Shown piece by piece: positions 1 to 13,300 of a stretch of 64,000 nucleotides of DNA; position 1 is the first letter of the stretch, and each line of letters starts with the position of its first letter. The position numbers and the translations under genes were made by a program. The stretch is taken from positions 1 through 64,000 of the forward strand of contig JAAILG010001533.1 of the NCBI GenBank assembly GCA_012026655.1, given 5' to 3'. Below the pieces are notes generated by a model, which was not told where the DNA came from, ran no database searches, and worked only from the letters and a program-made list of their open reading frames with translations. Source of the DNA: Hydrolagus affinis (lineage: Eukaryota).

Positions 1-600
1 CAACCTCCCCTTCGTGTTTCACCCCCGCCCAAACACTCCCCTCCCAGCTCGGGTCACACTCCCCCTGTGCAGCGCCTTGGGACGTCCTCCCGACGTGAAA
101 GGCGCTCTATAAATGTAATTTGTTGTTGTTGTTGTTGTTGATGACAGGTAGGGTGAGGGGGATGGGGTGATAGTGGGTGACGAGAAGCAGGAGGATGAGG
201 CTGCCTGGCGGTTATTGTGGATTTTGGAGGAGAAGAAGCCCATGACATCCTCTCACTTCTCATTTGAAATGAAGATTGAGGAGGCCTGAGGGAGCACATG
301 GAGGAGGTGGTGGATGGTGGAAAAAAGGACTTTCGGGTTGTTTTTAGCCTCCAGGATGATATTTGAGTAGTAGGCCGTTTTCGCGTGTGACAAAGAACGG
401 TGGTAACTGTGGAGATGCTCGAGCCACAGTTGGTGGTGAACTGTCAGGCAGGTTTTCTGCCACCTGCGCTCGAGCAGCCGGGTTTGGGTTTTTAGGGAGT
501 GGAGTTGAGTGTTGTACCGGGGGGAACGAGTGGGTTTGGAGTATGGACCTGGAATTCAGGGGATGGAGAGAGTTGAAGGTGGAGGAGAGCTCATTGTGAG
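1..600. mobile_element. L2 LINE 3' tail (+, 1-141, TTG repeat) abutting a probable oppositely oriented L2 fragment
   Basis: gcgccttgggacgtcctcccgacgtgaaaggcgctctataaatg followed by (ttg)n; adjacent purine-rich sequence resembles the antisense of the C-rich L2 body. Confidence 0.7.
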
Positions 601-1186
601 TTACTATGCGAGTAGTGTTATGTTGTGTAGCACTCTCATCATAGGAACAGGACCAGACCGTTTATCTGCTCAAGCCTGTTCTGACACTCTGTAAGATCAT
701 GGCTGATCTGTACCTTACCCCATACTCTTGACACCCTGTCCTGACAGCCGCACTGCACTTGTCGGGCTGCATTATAAATTCTGGTTTGGGGACGAATACA
801 GAAAATGCTTACCCAAGTGTTGAGAGTGCAGCCAACTAAACCAGACCAGTGCTTAATAATTAATAAGTAATGTCCCAAAATATTACATGCCATACAATGT
901 TGGAATCATTGACGTATGCCTGAGAAACTCGGAATTCAAATTCTTATTGTTTTATAAAGTTGTTGGACACTGTGTGCTACGCATGTAATGACTGGTTAGT
1001 TTTGGAAATAAATACAGTAACATGTCATTGTTCTTTTGCTTTTAGGGTTATAAAAGCAACTTGGAACAACATACTTGATACATTAGAATTTTGAGTCTGG
1101 ATTCATTTGAAAAGATTTAAAACGGATGCTTGTCTTCAATGTGTGTATTTTACAATAAAGTTTTGTTTTGCTCTTCTGCTTGCCAG

Positions 1187-1337
1187 TTCTGTACAGAACG
1201 TTTCACAGTCACAAGCCTGAGCGCACAAGGACTATGGAAGATAACATTCAGCTGGTCAGAAACATCATTCCTCCATTAACACAAGAAAAACATAAGGGTC
1301 AAGATGGAAAGATTGGAATTATTGGAGGATGTACTGA
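1187..1337 (+). CDS. NAXD: NAXD exon 2
   Basis: ccag|..[49 protein letters not shown](E)|gtaagt. Confidence 0.92.
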
Positions 1338-4300
1338 GTAAGTGCGGAATGGCTAGAAATAGCTTTGATGATTCATCTCTTTATATTCACCCCCACCTCC
1401 CATTAACCTCTGCAGTGCACAATTCATTGTTGTGTTTCTCCCACAAAATATACAGGCAATTCACTTTACAATATATTCTCGTCTCGTGGACGTGGCAAGC
1501 TGCTATATCAAATGCAAGGATTATTATTACTAAAAGTTTGTTCTCTTGGTTTCACCGTGCTGTGTTTTACAATAAAAGTTGAAATGCCACTTATGTCCTT
1601 AAAGCAATATGCAACGAAACCCATTGTGTCTCCCTCCACTTCCACAAGTTGAGAGGGTCAGTTTTGTGCCAATAGAGGCAGTGTTTACCTACATTTTGTT
1701 TGATGAACGAAAGTTCCACTTGACCCCTTATGGGTTACAGAACAGTTTTACTCTCGTGGAACAGTCTGAATAAGATCAGTCTTCATCAGTCAAACTGATA
1801 CTCTCAACTTGTGGTGGAGGAAAGACTGGAGTAATGATATTGACTGCAAGACTGTTCAACATTATTTATACCAGTGATCAATATTTTGCTTTTACAGATA
1901 TACAGGAGCACCATACTTCTCTGCGATATCAGCTCTAAAAGTGGTATGTATGTACCTGCCTATGTTCTTAGTTGAAGAGGCAATGTTATGGACATATAAA
2001 AAACACACAGTCACCACCCTTCCAAACGGTTTCTTTTTAACTCATCTGCAGTATTATTTTGGAATGCATCAATGGTGACCTAAGGCTCATAATGTTTTAC
2101 TGCCTTTTATGTTTGGGTGCAAAGTGTTTTCTATCCTGTATGTATCAGTTTAGAAAATGACTCTTGTTAAATTTTAGATGCATCTGTAAAAGAACTGCGC
2201 TGTTTATATTCAGTTGTTTAGTGGAAGAAAGTTAACAACTCTTATAACTTTCTGGTTATAACTTTCTGTTCATCATATTATAATTTCTGGTACCCTGCTA
2301 ACTACTAAATAGACTTTTACGTGGAAGAGAGGAAGGAATGCTTGGAGACTCCTCTTAGACACTGGCACAAATTAATTGGCCCAAGTAGCTTGTTTTTGTG
2401 CTGTACGTTCTTTGCAAATAATTTATACAATTGTTTTTTTTACCGACACCAACAAATCTAGTAGTTTAATCCCTTAAAAAAATTCACTTTTTTCTTATTA
2501 ATATTTCAAAGAAACAGTATTTTTCTAAGTTTCCTTCTTTATATTTCCCTCCTAATCACAATTTTTTATCCTAATCTAAATTCAAATTAATTGTCTATTC
2601 ATCTAGTTGTTTAAGGGATGTTGTTTGCACAGATTACCTGCTGGATTTGTTTTAGTAACAAAATGGCCTAATTTCTAAACAATTGTATTTTGTACAACAC
2701 TTTGCGATTTTTTTTAGAAGTGAAATATGCTATATGAATGCAACTTGCATTTATCATTTATACAGTATTTTGCTAAGAAATTGAGTTTTTAAAAATGTAT
2801 TCAATATATTATTTGTATGCTGATAAAATAAATTAGTGTCTATGTTTGCACCATAGCGAAGTATAACAGATATTCAGCAATTCAATCCAGGTAAAACAGA
2901 AAATGCTTAAATTATCAACTTGGGACAGGTCCGATGATATAGCAAATAGAGCTGCAGTGTATGAACCAGGAGTTGCTGGTTAGAATCTGTCTGTGCTGAG
3001 TTTGCTGGTCACTCACTCAATGGAAAATTGAATTTGTTTCCAGGAACACAGCAGAGATCCTGCTCCTGGCCTCTATGCATTGCCCTCTACTGGCAATATG
3101 TGTGTGTCGTAGCCAGAGGAGAGGTCGGGCTTGGCTGACACCCTCTCCAATTAAGTGTGTGGACCAACGCCAATGCTCACACATAAACAGTGTCCAGTAG
3201 AAGAGGCCATGTACCCATGGTAACCTTGCCCCAACATGAGGAGATGGGAAATAGAAGAGGCATTTGACAACAGGGAGATCATCGGGAAATAATTCAGACA
3301 CACTAAATTATAAATAAAATGTACTTCATCTTGTCCGTCACTACCCCTAGCCACGAGACTAAACCAACTGATGGCAGTGGCAGCCTGACGCAGGAACCAA
3401 AGCCTGTTTCTGTTGGCTTTTGTAGTGGACATCTCATTCCCCTCCATTGCCAGAGAATTGAACAATCTTATCTGCATGCACACAACTGATTTTTTTGGGT
3501 GGGGTTTGTTTTTGCCAGTTGCACAAATCTGTCATTCTACAGAAAGACAGAGAACGTTAAAGAGAGAGAGAGACTGAAAGGGAGGAGAGCAGTAGATAGT
3601 AGGGTCTAGCCTCAAAAGCGGGGATCGGGATTCGGTCACAATAGTCACTAGACACAGACTATTTCTGTTGACTATCATGCAGAAATCCCAACCGTCATTC
3701 AATTTAAAGGTTTTGATGATTTTATTTAATTTTTTACCCTCTCACCCTTTGAAGCTAGAGGCCAGTTATGGATTTCTCCCAGCAGTGGGGCCAGCCAGCT
3801 TGACTTTCTATTGGATCTTTTTGCCCCTTTGAAGCTCAACTCCCCATGACTGATATTTACAACTTGTTCCAAAAATCAAAACATCTTTGTTTGAAATACC
3901 CAACTCTTCAGAAAGTGTTTTCTAATATTTTGGGGGGTATTTTGTGACAATTAGATTATGGGAACTTAAGAATGTCTGTTGATATGAAAAAGCTACCTGC
4001 ATATGTTTATTTTGTAAAACATATATATTTCTTAATATTTTCAGGGTGCTGATTTGTCCCATGTTTTTTGTACCAAAGAGGCAGCTCCAGTTATTAAATC
4101 ATACAGCCCAGAACTCATTGTCCACCCAGTGCTGTAAGTTCAGTTTCATTATCTTTCAGTGTATTCAAAAATTCTAAGATATCTTTTCTATACAGACAGG
4201 CAGACTAACATTTCATGTAACATGCTATCATTTGATCAAAACAAAGGCAAATGATTTGATGCACTATCCTAAGACAAGTTGTTATTGTTGAAAAACAACA

Positions 4301-7300
4301 AAAAAGGCTAATGAGATAGAAATGCCCGTAGCAAGGGTTTTTATTATGTTTTTTGGCCTGAACAATCGGAATACTAAACAAAAATTACACGTTTCACCCT
4401 TGTTTTTTCTTTGCATTAAAGATACTATTCATTGAAGATATGTGGAGTCCTGTAGCTCAGTAGTTAGAGTACTCGCCTTACAAGCGAGAGATCTGTGTTC
4501 AATTCCAGGCAGAGTCTAATAATAATCCTACAAAAAAAGTATAATTTGGTCACTTATTCCATGACTGGGACACTGCTGTGTGTAATTGGCTGCCGCATTT
4601 CACCCACAAATATATAGTCAATTTACTTTACAGTATATTCTGTGAAGCTCTTTCAGACATTTAGAAGATGTGAAAATCACTATCTCAAATGCAAGGATTA
4701 TTTTTATTATTCTTTCTGCCTTTTATGTTATCTGCTTTCTTCGCTATAACTGAAACTTTCCCCTGGGTGACACAGTAATGAATTTCTACATTAAATGCTT
4801 TATCTTCGTCCAGCCAACTTGTGACACTTTGCAGATCTACTACATTATATTCTATTTCTGCTCAGTGCTTATCAGGTGGTTGCAACTGGGTAGAACAAAC
4901 ACGTGTTATTTCGATGTACAACTTGATTGCAGTGCTGCCTAGTGGTACTGTGGTGCTATTACAGTCACTGCTGACAGAAGAATCGACACAAGGGTGAACG
5001 TTGAAATCGCTTGCCTGGTGTTTCCCAATTCTGGTAGATCAAAGCAGATATTTACCATAGATTCCACTAAAATGTAATTTGAGATTTTTTTTCTTACCTG
5101 AGTTGTAGATTCAGTACATAGATGGCACAGGTAAAGAATTTGTAACAGATTAGCCGACCTTCAGTGTATTGGATTATTATTTATTGTAACTTTGTAATGT
5201 ATCTTGTGAAGTGCTTTGGGATGTCCTCCTGATTTGAAAAGTGCTACATCAAATGCAAGGACAATTATTATTATTTTTAAAGTGTGCTTCATTTTTATAA
5301 TGCTGTCACTTATCAAGACAAGAGCCACTATGTGGGAACAGTGGCTTCACGACCTCAATCAGGCAAATCGGTGAAGACCAGCTTCCAAATTTACCACTTT
5401 CAACGCTGATCTTTTCATATCCGATAAATTTAGAATAAAAATGATATTCAGAGGTGAAAGTACAAATCATTTAATCTGTAAATGATTAAACCATTGCCTT
5501 GGGACATACTCCCAAAGTGAAATGTGCTGTATAAATACAATTTGTTATTGTAAATTATTTAACACCCATCACTAGTTTCCATGTAGGGTATATCGATTGC
5601 ATTTTGATTCAAGCAATGTTTGTTTTCTGGCTATTTACTATTTGTCTTTGCAGGGATAGTCCTAACGCTGTTGAGGAAGTGGAAAAGTGGTTACCTGCAC
5701 TTCAAACAATAATAGTCGGGCCAGGTTTAGGACGAGATGATAGCTTACTCCAGAATGCAAAGGTGAGAGGTAATCAGATTCTTAAGTTAATACTTGAAAA
5801 TCGTCCGTAAAGTTTCTCCTTGGAAAATAACCAGATGTTCACTGTCGTTCCTGCAATTTTCTCCCTTCATCTCCGGAAGCTCACTCTGTTGGAGTAGAGT
5901 TCTATGGGTACTGACTATCCTTGGAACCAAACCCAAGTAATTATTTGCCATGTGTGCATCACAATATCAGCAAGCTGTATGACTGAGGAAATACAAACTG
6001 AGTCCTTTTCTCATTCAACATCAATGCACTAATTTCCAGCTAGGATCCTGGGTATTGGAGAGGAACTGAAACCTATTATGTACCCCCCCCGCAGCCAAGG
6101 GCATTGAAGGTAATTGTGGCAGTCTTACTGTTCTGACTGAGAACTGATAATTTAGCACTAATTTAGACCCGGCTGCTCCTTTTGCTCAGCCTGCATTATG
6201 TCCTCGTCCTATCCACTATCAACAGAGCTTAAGCTTATCTACCAAACTCTGCAATCCATCCAGGAGTCACTTTGACTTGTTCTCTCCCTCACGTCGTTCA
6301 ACATTCATCTCAAGACCTCTCGCTTTTGCTTTTTTTTTTGTCATTTGCTGCTCCCCACTCAGCCAGCACTGTTGAGCGCTTTTGGCTGTCCTCCCAATGT
6401 GAAAGATGCCATATTTGTATTGTAAATAGCTGTATCAGTGATACCTCCTGGTACTTTGAGGGTTAATGTGCCTCAGTCTCACATAAGGATGTGACTTTAT
6501 TAACTGAATCATCTGCAGAATTACACACAGAGTGTAAACCAATTTTTAAGCTTTAGCCTCATGGGAGTTCTAAAACAAATTCAGATGGAATAAGATTGTC
6601 CAGAAACATCAAAAGACTGCTGGAAAAGTTATGTCCTCTTATTTCACTTTGGTGCAACAGTAAAGGTAGTAAATATTGTATTCTTTTATTTCAGGGTATT
6701 ATTGAAAAGTCCAAGATCAAGGGACTACCTATTGTGATTGATGCGGTAAGGAATAGTGAAATACTGGATTAACCAACAGCAAAATTATATTTGTAAAGCA
6801 TCTTTCACCCCGGGAGGAGGTTGGGATGAGGGAGGGCAGAGAGGTAGGTGAGCCGCTGAAGGTTCGTTCGAAAAGGAGGGTCTTGAGTCATTCCTTGAAG
6901 GAGGCAAGGGTGGGAGCAAGGCGAAGAGATTGTTGGATGGAGTTCCAAAAGATGGGGACAGAGAGGCTGAAAACCTGGCCGTTTGTTGTAGGGTGGGTCG
7001 GGTAGGAGACATGGAGCAGGCCATACCCTGCTGAATGGAGGGAGCGGACGGGTTGATAAACAACACCAACATGCCCTTTATAAGTTTAATGCTGAGCAAG
7101 GAATGAGGGGTAGATGGCCATACAGAAGGTTGATGAGATAGGTTTGAAGGTGGGTGAGTTGAAGGGAGCGAGTTGCAGAGTTAAGTGTCTAGTATCTAAA
7201 AGTTTGGCCATCAATGGTAGTGTGGCAGCAGGCCTACGTTAGCCGAGCAGAGAGGGAGGATAGACAAGGGGTATGAGAAGATCAGAGCAATAGGTAGGTG

Positions 7301-10300
7301 ATAGAGTGTGAAGAGATTTGCCTTTACATAACAATAACAAAATTACATCTGTTTAACACCTTTCACATCGTGGGGACGTCCCAAGGTGCTGGACAGTCAA
7401 TGTTGCAGACCCGAGCTAGGATTGGGGAGGGTGGAGGGAAAGGGGATTTGGGGTAACCAATTGGACCATCGAAGAGGAGGGTCTTGAGGCGGGACTTGAA
7501 GGAGGCCAGGGTGGGGGCGAGGCAGAGGAACTGTGGGATGGAATTCCAGAGGTTAGGGGAAGAGTGGCTGAAGGCTCGCCTGCCAATGGTGGGGCGGGGG
7601 ACATGGAGGAAGACACTATGGGGAATGAAGATCTAGTTCGACTTCTTCCAGACTAGTCATAAAGATGAAATTTCAGGTTATTTTCTTTTCCAGGATGGAT
7701 TATGGCTCATTGCCGCAGAGCCATCTGTTATTCAGGGCTACAGCAAAGCAATTCTGACTCCAAATGCTGTGGAATTTGTCCGGCTTCACAAAGCTGTGGT
7801 AAGCTCCAGTGAATTAATCCAGGTGCACTTTAATCCGAGCAGAATCATTGTTAATAGCTTTTTTGCTGTAAATTCTTGCTGACTATTTAATGAAGCTTAT
7901 TGATGACACCATACCATACAGTTGCCATGACAATAATAGATCTGTACTGGCAGGTGTAAGGACTGCAGTACATTGCTCGGAGGCTGCCTTCACGAGCTGG
8001 CTTGGGAGGGCTGGTCACTGAACCAGCAACGAAAATAAATTGAGTTGAGATCTTTTCCAGACCTTATTTGCAAGAGATATCGTGATGACAAGTGGATTTT
8101 CTACATTTTAGCTCAAGAGTTCCATGGATGTCGCTGATCATCATGATACGCTACGTAAACTCAGCCAAGCGATGGGAAATCTGACTATTGTCCAGAAAGG
8201 ACAGAAAGATCTTATTTCAGATGGAGATACAGGTAAACATTGCTAATTTACGCATCGTCATAGAATCAGTTATTTCTACGTTGGTGTGTTTTGCAGGATG
8301 TAATTTAGTTTACTCTTGTTTATGCACCAGAAGCAAAACAGCTCAGAGACTTTAACCTTTACAAACATAATCACGGGTGCAAATTAATGACTTTAGTCAC
8401 CCTGGAAGTTGTGCTTCGTTGTGGAGAATTTAAGAAATGTGAAAAACAAATAGATTGTTACATTTAAGATGTTGTTTGTTCCAGGAATAGTCAATAAAAT
8501 AATGATCAGATTTATTTTGGAAAAATCTTTACTTCTGGCTTCCTTCCAAAGTTCCTCATTTCAATGAATTCTTACCAGTCCATTGTAAAGATAGATTTCT
8601 TTTCTTTTGCCAGTGATTAGCACAAATCAGTTGAAGAATAATAAGAATAATTTCTTGGTATTCTTTTAAGATTTTTTCAACTCATTCAGATAACATTTAG
8701 TTTGGGAGTTTTTTTTTAAATTTTAAAACAATTTAAATCCAAATTTCAATCTGAATTGAATGTAATTTCTGGCATTTAAAAAAAAAGAAATGTTAAAAAA
8801 AATCCTCAAACTTTGAGCGAATGATGCCTAGATATTGGCAGAGTTGATGACTCCACATTTCCGGGGCATGTATCGGCACTACCTTCTTGTCAGCATTTCT
8901 GTGCAACAATATATTGTTTTTAAGTCTCTAATATAACACAGACCAAAACATATTTCACATGCAAAACAAAGCTTTTCTTTCTCATTGCTCAGGTAGATGG
9001 GCAGCAAATTTCTGCGCCTTTATCAGTGTTATTGATAGGCAACACAAAACTGTTCTTTCTCCCCTCTACCTAAAATAATAATAATAATAATTCATGCATT
9101 TGATATAGCGCTTTTCACGTCTTCAAGATGTCTCGAAGCGCTTGTATTTACTGGTGGGCGGCAGCCAATTGCGCACAGCAGTGCCCCACAAACAGTAGTG
9201 GTTTGAAATGACCAATTTTATTATTGTTTTTTTTGGAGGGATTATTATTAGGTGTGTGGAGCAAGGAAACTTGCCCAAGGTTTCGCCCTGACCTGCCTGG
9301 ATTTGAACACAGGTCTCAACGCTTGTACAGCAAGTGCTTAACCACTGAGCTACAGGATTCCAATAAAATAATTAAGTGCTCCCCATAATTATAATTTACA
9401 GTTAATACTACACTTTACACATGAATTCTGAGACAATTCCATTATCTAAATCACGTTTGATCTGCCCGATGGTGAAGTCAAAATACTGAAAAGGTAATTT
9501 CATCAGATTAAAAATTGTTCTGTATCAAGTTAGTATGAATTGATCAGCCAAAAGCTTCCATTGTCTGTTTTATTTAATAACATTTAAAGTATAAATAGCA
9601 TTAAGTGATAGTAGAGATCTGGGAAACAGTTTGCTTGTACAATGCTCTTCCCTCTCTCCTGGTCTATATATAGTTTCAGAGCAAGGCTTCTCACTTCCAA
9701 TCACTTCCAGCAGTGTAAACCGATCAATATGCTGTTGTCACAATAGCAGTTCCATTGCTCTTAAAAACAATACAGCACTTTGTTTTCTTTTCATCAGGAC
9801 GTAAAATCATTTAAAAATAAATCTCAGAACCAGCATAACACAGGGCTAAAAATGGAAACTCTATCGCCATCTCTGTCACTGAAAGTGAATTGAATGTCTC
9901 CTGAGAAGGTGTGTATGTGATCGGCATCTAAGTAGATCCTGTAGCTCAGTGGAGAGAGTACTCGCTTTACAAGCTTGAGACATGAAATGACCCAGGCAGG
10001 TCAGAGCGAAACCTTGGGCAAGTTTCCTTACCCCACACGTCTAATAATAATCCCTCCAAAAAAAAACACAATAATAAAATTTGTCATTTCAATCCACGAC
10101 TGTTTGTGGGACACTGCTGTGTGCAATTGGCTGCCACGTTTCGCCCACAAATATAAGAACATAAGAATTAGGAGCAGGAGTAGGCCATTCGGCCCTTCGA
10201 GCCTGCTCCGCCATTCAACAAGGTCATGGCTGATCTTCTCACCTAACTTTGATTACCTGCCCTATCCCCATATCCCCTGATCCCTCTATTTTTCAAAAAT

Positions 10301-13300
10301 ATATCAGTCTCAGCCTTGAAAATGTTCAAGGACTGAGCATCTACAGCCTTCTGGGATAATGAATTCCATAAATTCACTACCCTCAAGTGAAGAAATGTTT
10401 CCTCAACTCTGTTCTAAAAGGCTGACTGTTAATTTTAAGACTGTGNNNNNNNNNNNNNNNNNNNNNNNNNNNNNNNNNNNNNNNNNNNNNNNNNNNNNNN
10501 NNNNNNNNNNNNNNNNNNNNNNNNNNNNNNNNNNNNNNNNNNNNNGGTCAGTCCCCTCATCCCAGGAACTAACCTAGTGAATCTACGCTGCACCCCCTCT
10601 AAGGCAAGTATGTCCTTTTTTAAATAAGGAGACCAAAACTGCACACAATACTCTAGGTGCGGTCTCACCAGGGCCCTATACAGTTGCAGCAAGACTTCCC
10701 TACTCTTATACTCTAATACAGTCAATTCACTTTACAGTATATTCTGTGAAGCGCTTTGAGACATCGATAAAATGTGAAAAGCACTATATCAAATACAAGG
10801 ATTATTATTATTATCACATTTGTAATGCCGGTCTTTTCGCGCAGATGGAGGACACACACAATTAAGAATACAAAGTGTACCATTTTTGTCCAGACAAGTC
10901 ACATTTTTGTGCTTCTTCTAAAACCTGACTTAATGTGGAAGACAAATATAACGAATAATGTATGGCATGGCGAGACGGAGCATGCCTGCCATATTTGTCC
11001 ATTCAGCATGTAGCATGGGTGGGTCGGTCGGTACCATTCTTACGTCAGAATATGATGATGTGTCAAACAATCATTGTTTATTACGTGTGTTAATTAAGTT
11101 ACGTGTTTAAGTATGTCACAACACAGGGTTTTGTCAATGCTTGCTAAAAACAGGGCAAGACTTTGCTTTAATTGTATTGCAACAAGTATGGGCCAACTAG
11201 CAAGCTAGGTAAGAATGTATGCTGAGGTTAGATATGGTAATGCTGTGTGTGCTATCTCCAGTACACGCAGAACAAGAAACCTCAAAGAACAGGATAAGAG
11301 GGAATCCTGAGGGACGCAGGTGATATGGGTGTGAAGCGATGTTGAGCATCCATTGACATGGATAGTATGTTCTGGAAAGGGTAGAAAATATATAAAAACC
11401 AAGAGTTAGGTCGAGAATGGGGCAGCAGCAGCAGAGAGGAGAGGAAGGAAGAGAGAAACCAGTGTGTTACTCTACGGTTGCTGTCCAGAATCACCAGAAC
11501 AGCATGTTTTGATTCTCTAAATGTTTTTCATACTTTGTTACGTTTTCAATAAAACTCTGTTATACCATTTTGGATTGTCTGCTTATAATTTAAACCTCGG
11601 GATCGGAAATCCCAACACCCCTCAACAGTACTTTAAACTGATTTAGTCTATTGCTGATGATCCAATGCAGTGCTAGGTTTTCCCCTTCAAATACAGGGTA
11701 AACCATCTTTTGGATAAGACATTATACTGAGGTCCTGTTAATCTGTTCAGGTCATTGTTAAAACATACCCCGGCACTATTCAAAAAGAGAATGGGGTTTC
11801 TTTCCAGACTCCGCAGTTCCTCACACTGCAAACTATCATCCAGAATCTGCAGCTCTACCGCACTAAGTTTTGTGAGCCTATCCCTCAATTCTCACTCGGC
11901 TTCACTGGCTCTCCATTGCCTGGTGAGTTGAATTCCCAAATCCTCTTCTTTGCATTCAAGTACTCGTGTTCAAATCCCACCCCTCTAAGCTCCAGCCTCC
12001 TGATTTTCTACCACTGCAGCCGCCGGCTCCCATTACTCATCCTAACTTATCGTGTTGATTGGACACATGAACGTTTTTCTCAAACCAACACAATTCTTTC
12101 CCATGACAGCATATTATAGGAAAAGCTATGAGGACACAGCAGTTGTATCTACCTGGGTAGTCAGCTGTAAGTCTGTGTTTTGCTTCCTGACAGGTAGCAT
12201 CCACTAGGGAATGTTTGTGTTGACTTTCTTCATCATTGATCGCTTTAGGCTAACATGTCGAGGATCTCTCCTGAGGCAACAATCTGCAGCAGTTTACATC
12301 TTGAGTTGTAGACTTATTGCCATAGGCATTCTGATCAGAAAGGGAAGATAATAATAATAATAATAATCCTTGCATTTGATATAGCGCTTTCCACATCTTA
12401 TCGACGTCCCAAAGCGCTTCACAGAATATACTGTAAAGTGAATTGACTGTATATATTTGTGGGCGAAGATATAAATGTAAATTGTTTAAATTATCATCGT
12501 TGCCATGACAGCTCATTTTGACAAGTGTTTTAGTGCACTTGCACTCGCTCCACACTAACCTAAACTTATAAGCCATCAGACACTTTTTGTGCTTTACATG
12601 AGTAATACAGTATATTACTATTTTTAATACTTTATATTTTATAACCTCCTCTTTGTACGTGTGGGTGGATAAGTAAAATTAAAATGCTAACTTGTTACTG
12701 GCATGATCTTGCTCATTCTTTGGAAGACACTCGGCAGCAGCATACAAAGGTGCCACAGAGTCTATATCATAGTTATCTTTCTCTTGCTTGGAACTACTTA
12801 GTTATGAGTTGTGCTAGAGTCCCATGGTGCAGTGATGAGAGCACTCGCCTCACAAGTGAGAAGACCTGGGTTCGATTCCTGTACAGGGTGAAACCTTACG
12901 TTGGGACCTGGTTGCATTCATTTGTCTTTGGCTCTGTTAAATCTGATGAAATTTTTATTTCTGTTTGGCTTGTTTAATAATTGATAAAATCCAGGTCATT
13001 CTGTCCTTCGAATGAGATGTTAAATCATGATGCTGTTTGCCTGTTCAGGTGGACATTAAAGTTCCTCACTCTATTCAAAAAGAGCAGGGAGTTTTTTTTT
13101 CCAGTGTCCTGATAAACAATTGACCAAATAAAATTGGTCATTCAACCAAACAAAAAAAATTGGCTGTTTGTGAGGCATTGGCTGCCTTACTTTCTTACAA
13201 AATAGTCATATATGATATAGTCATATAGTGACTATATCATGTGAAGTGTTCTAAGATGTACTCCTGAAGCATAATGTACTACATAAATTGAAAAGATTAT

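Larger units (their letters stand above)
9935..10814 (+). mobile_element. tRNA-derived SINE split by a CR1 insertion
   Basis: SINE 5' part runs to about 10152 and resumes near 10715 (aatacagtcaattcac). Confidence 0.85.
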
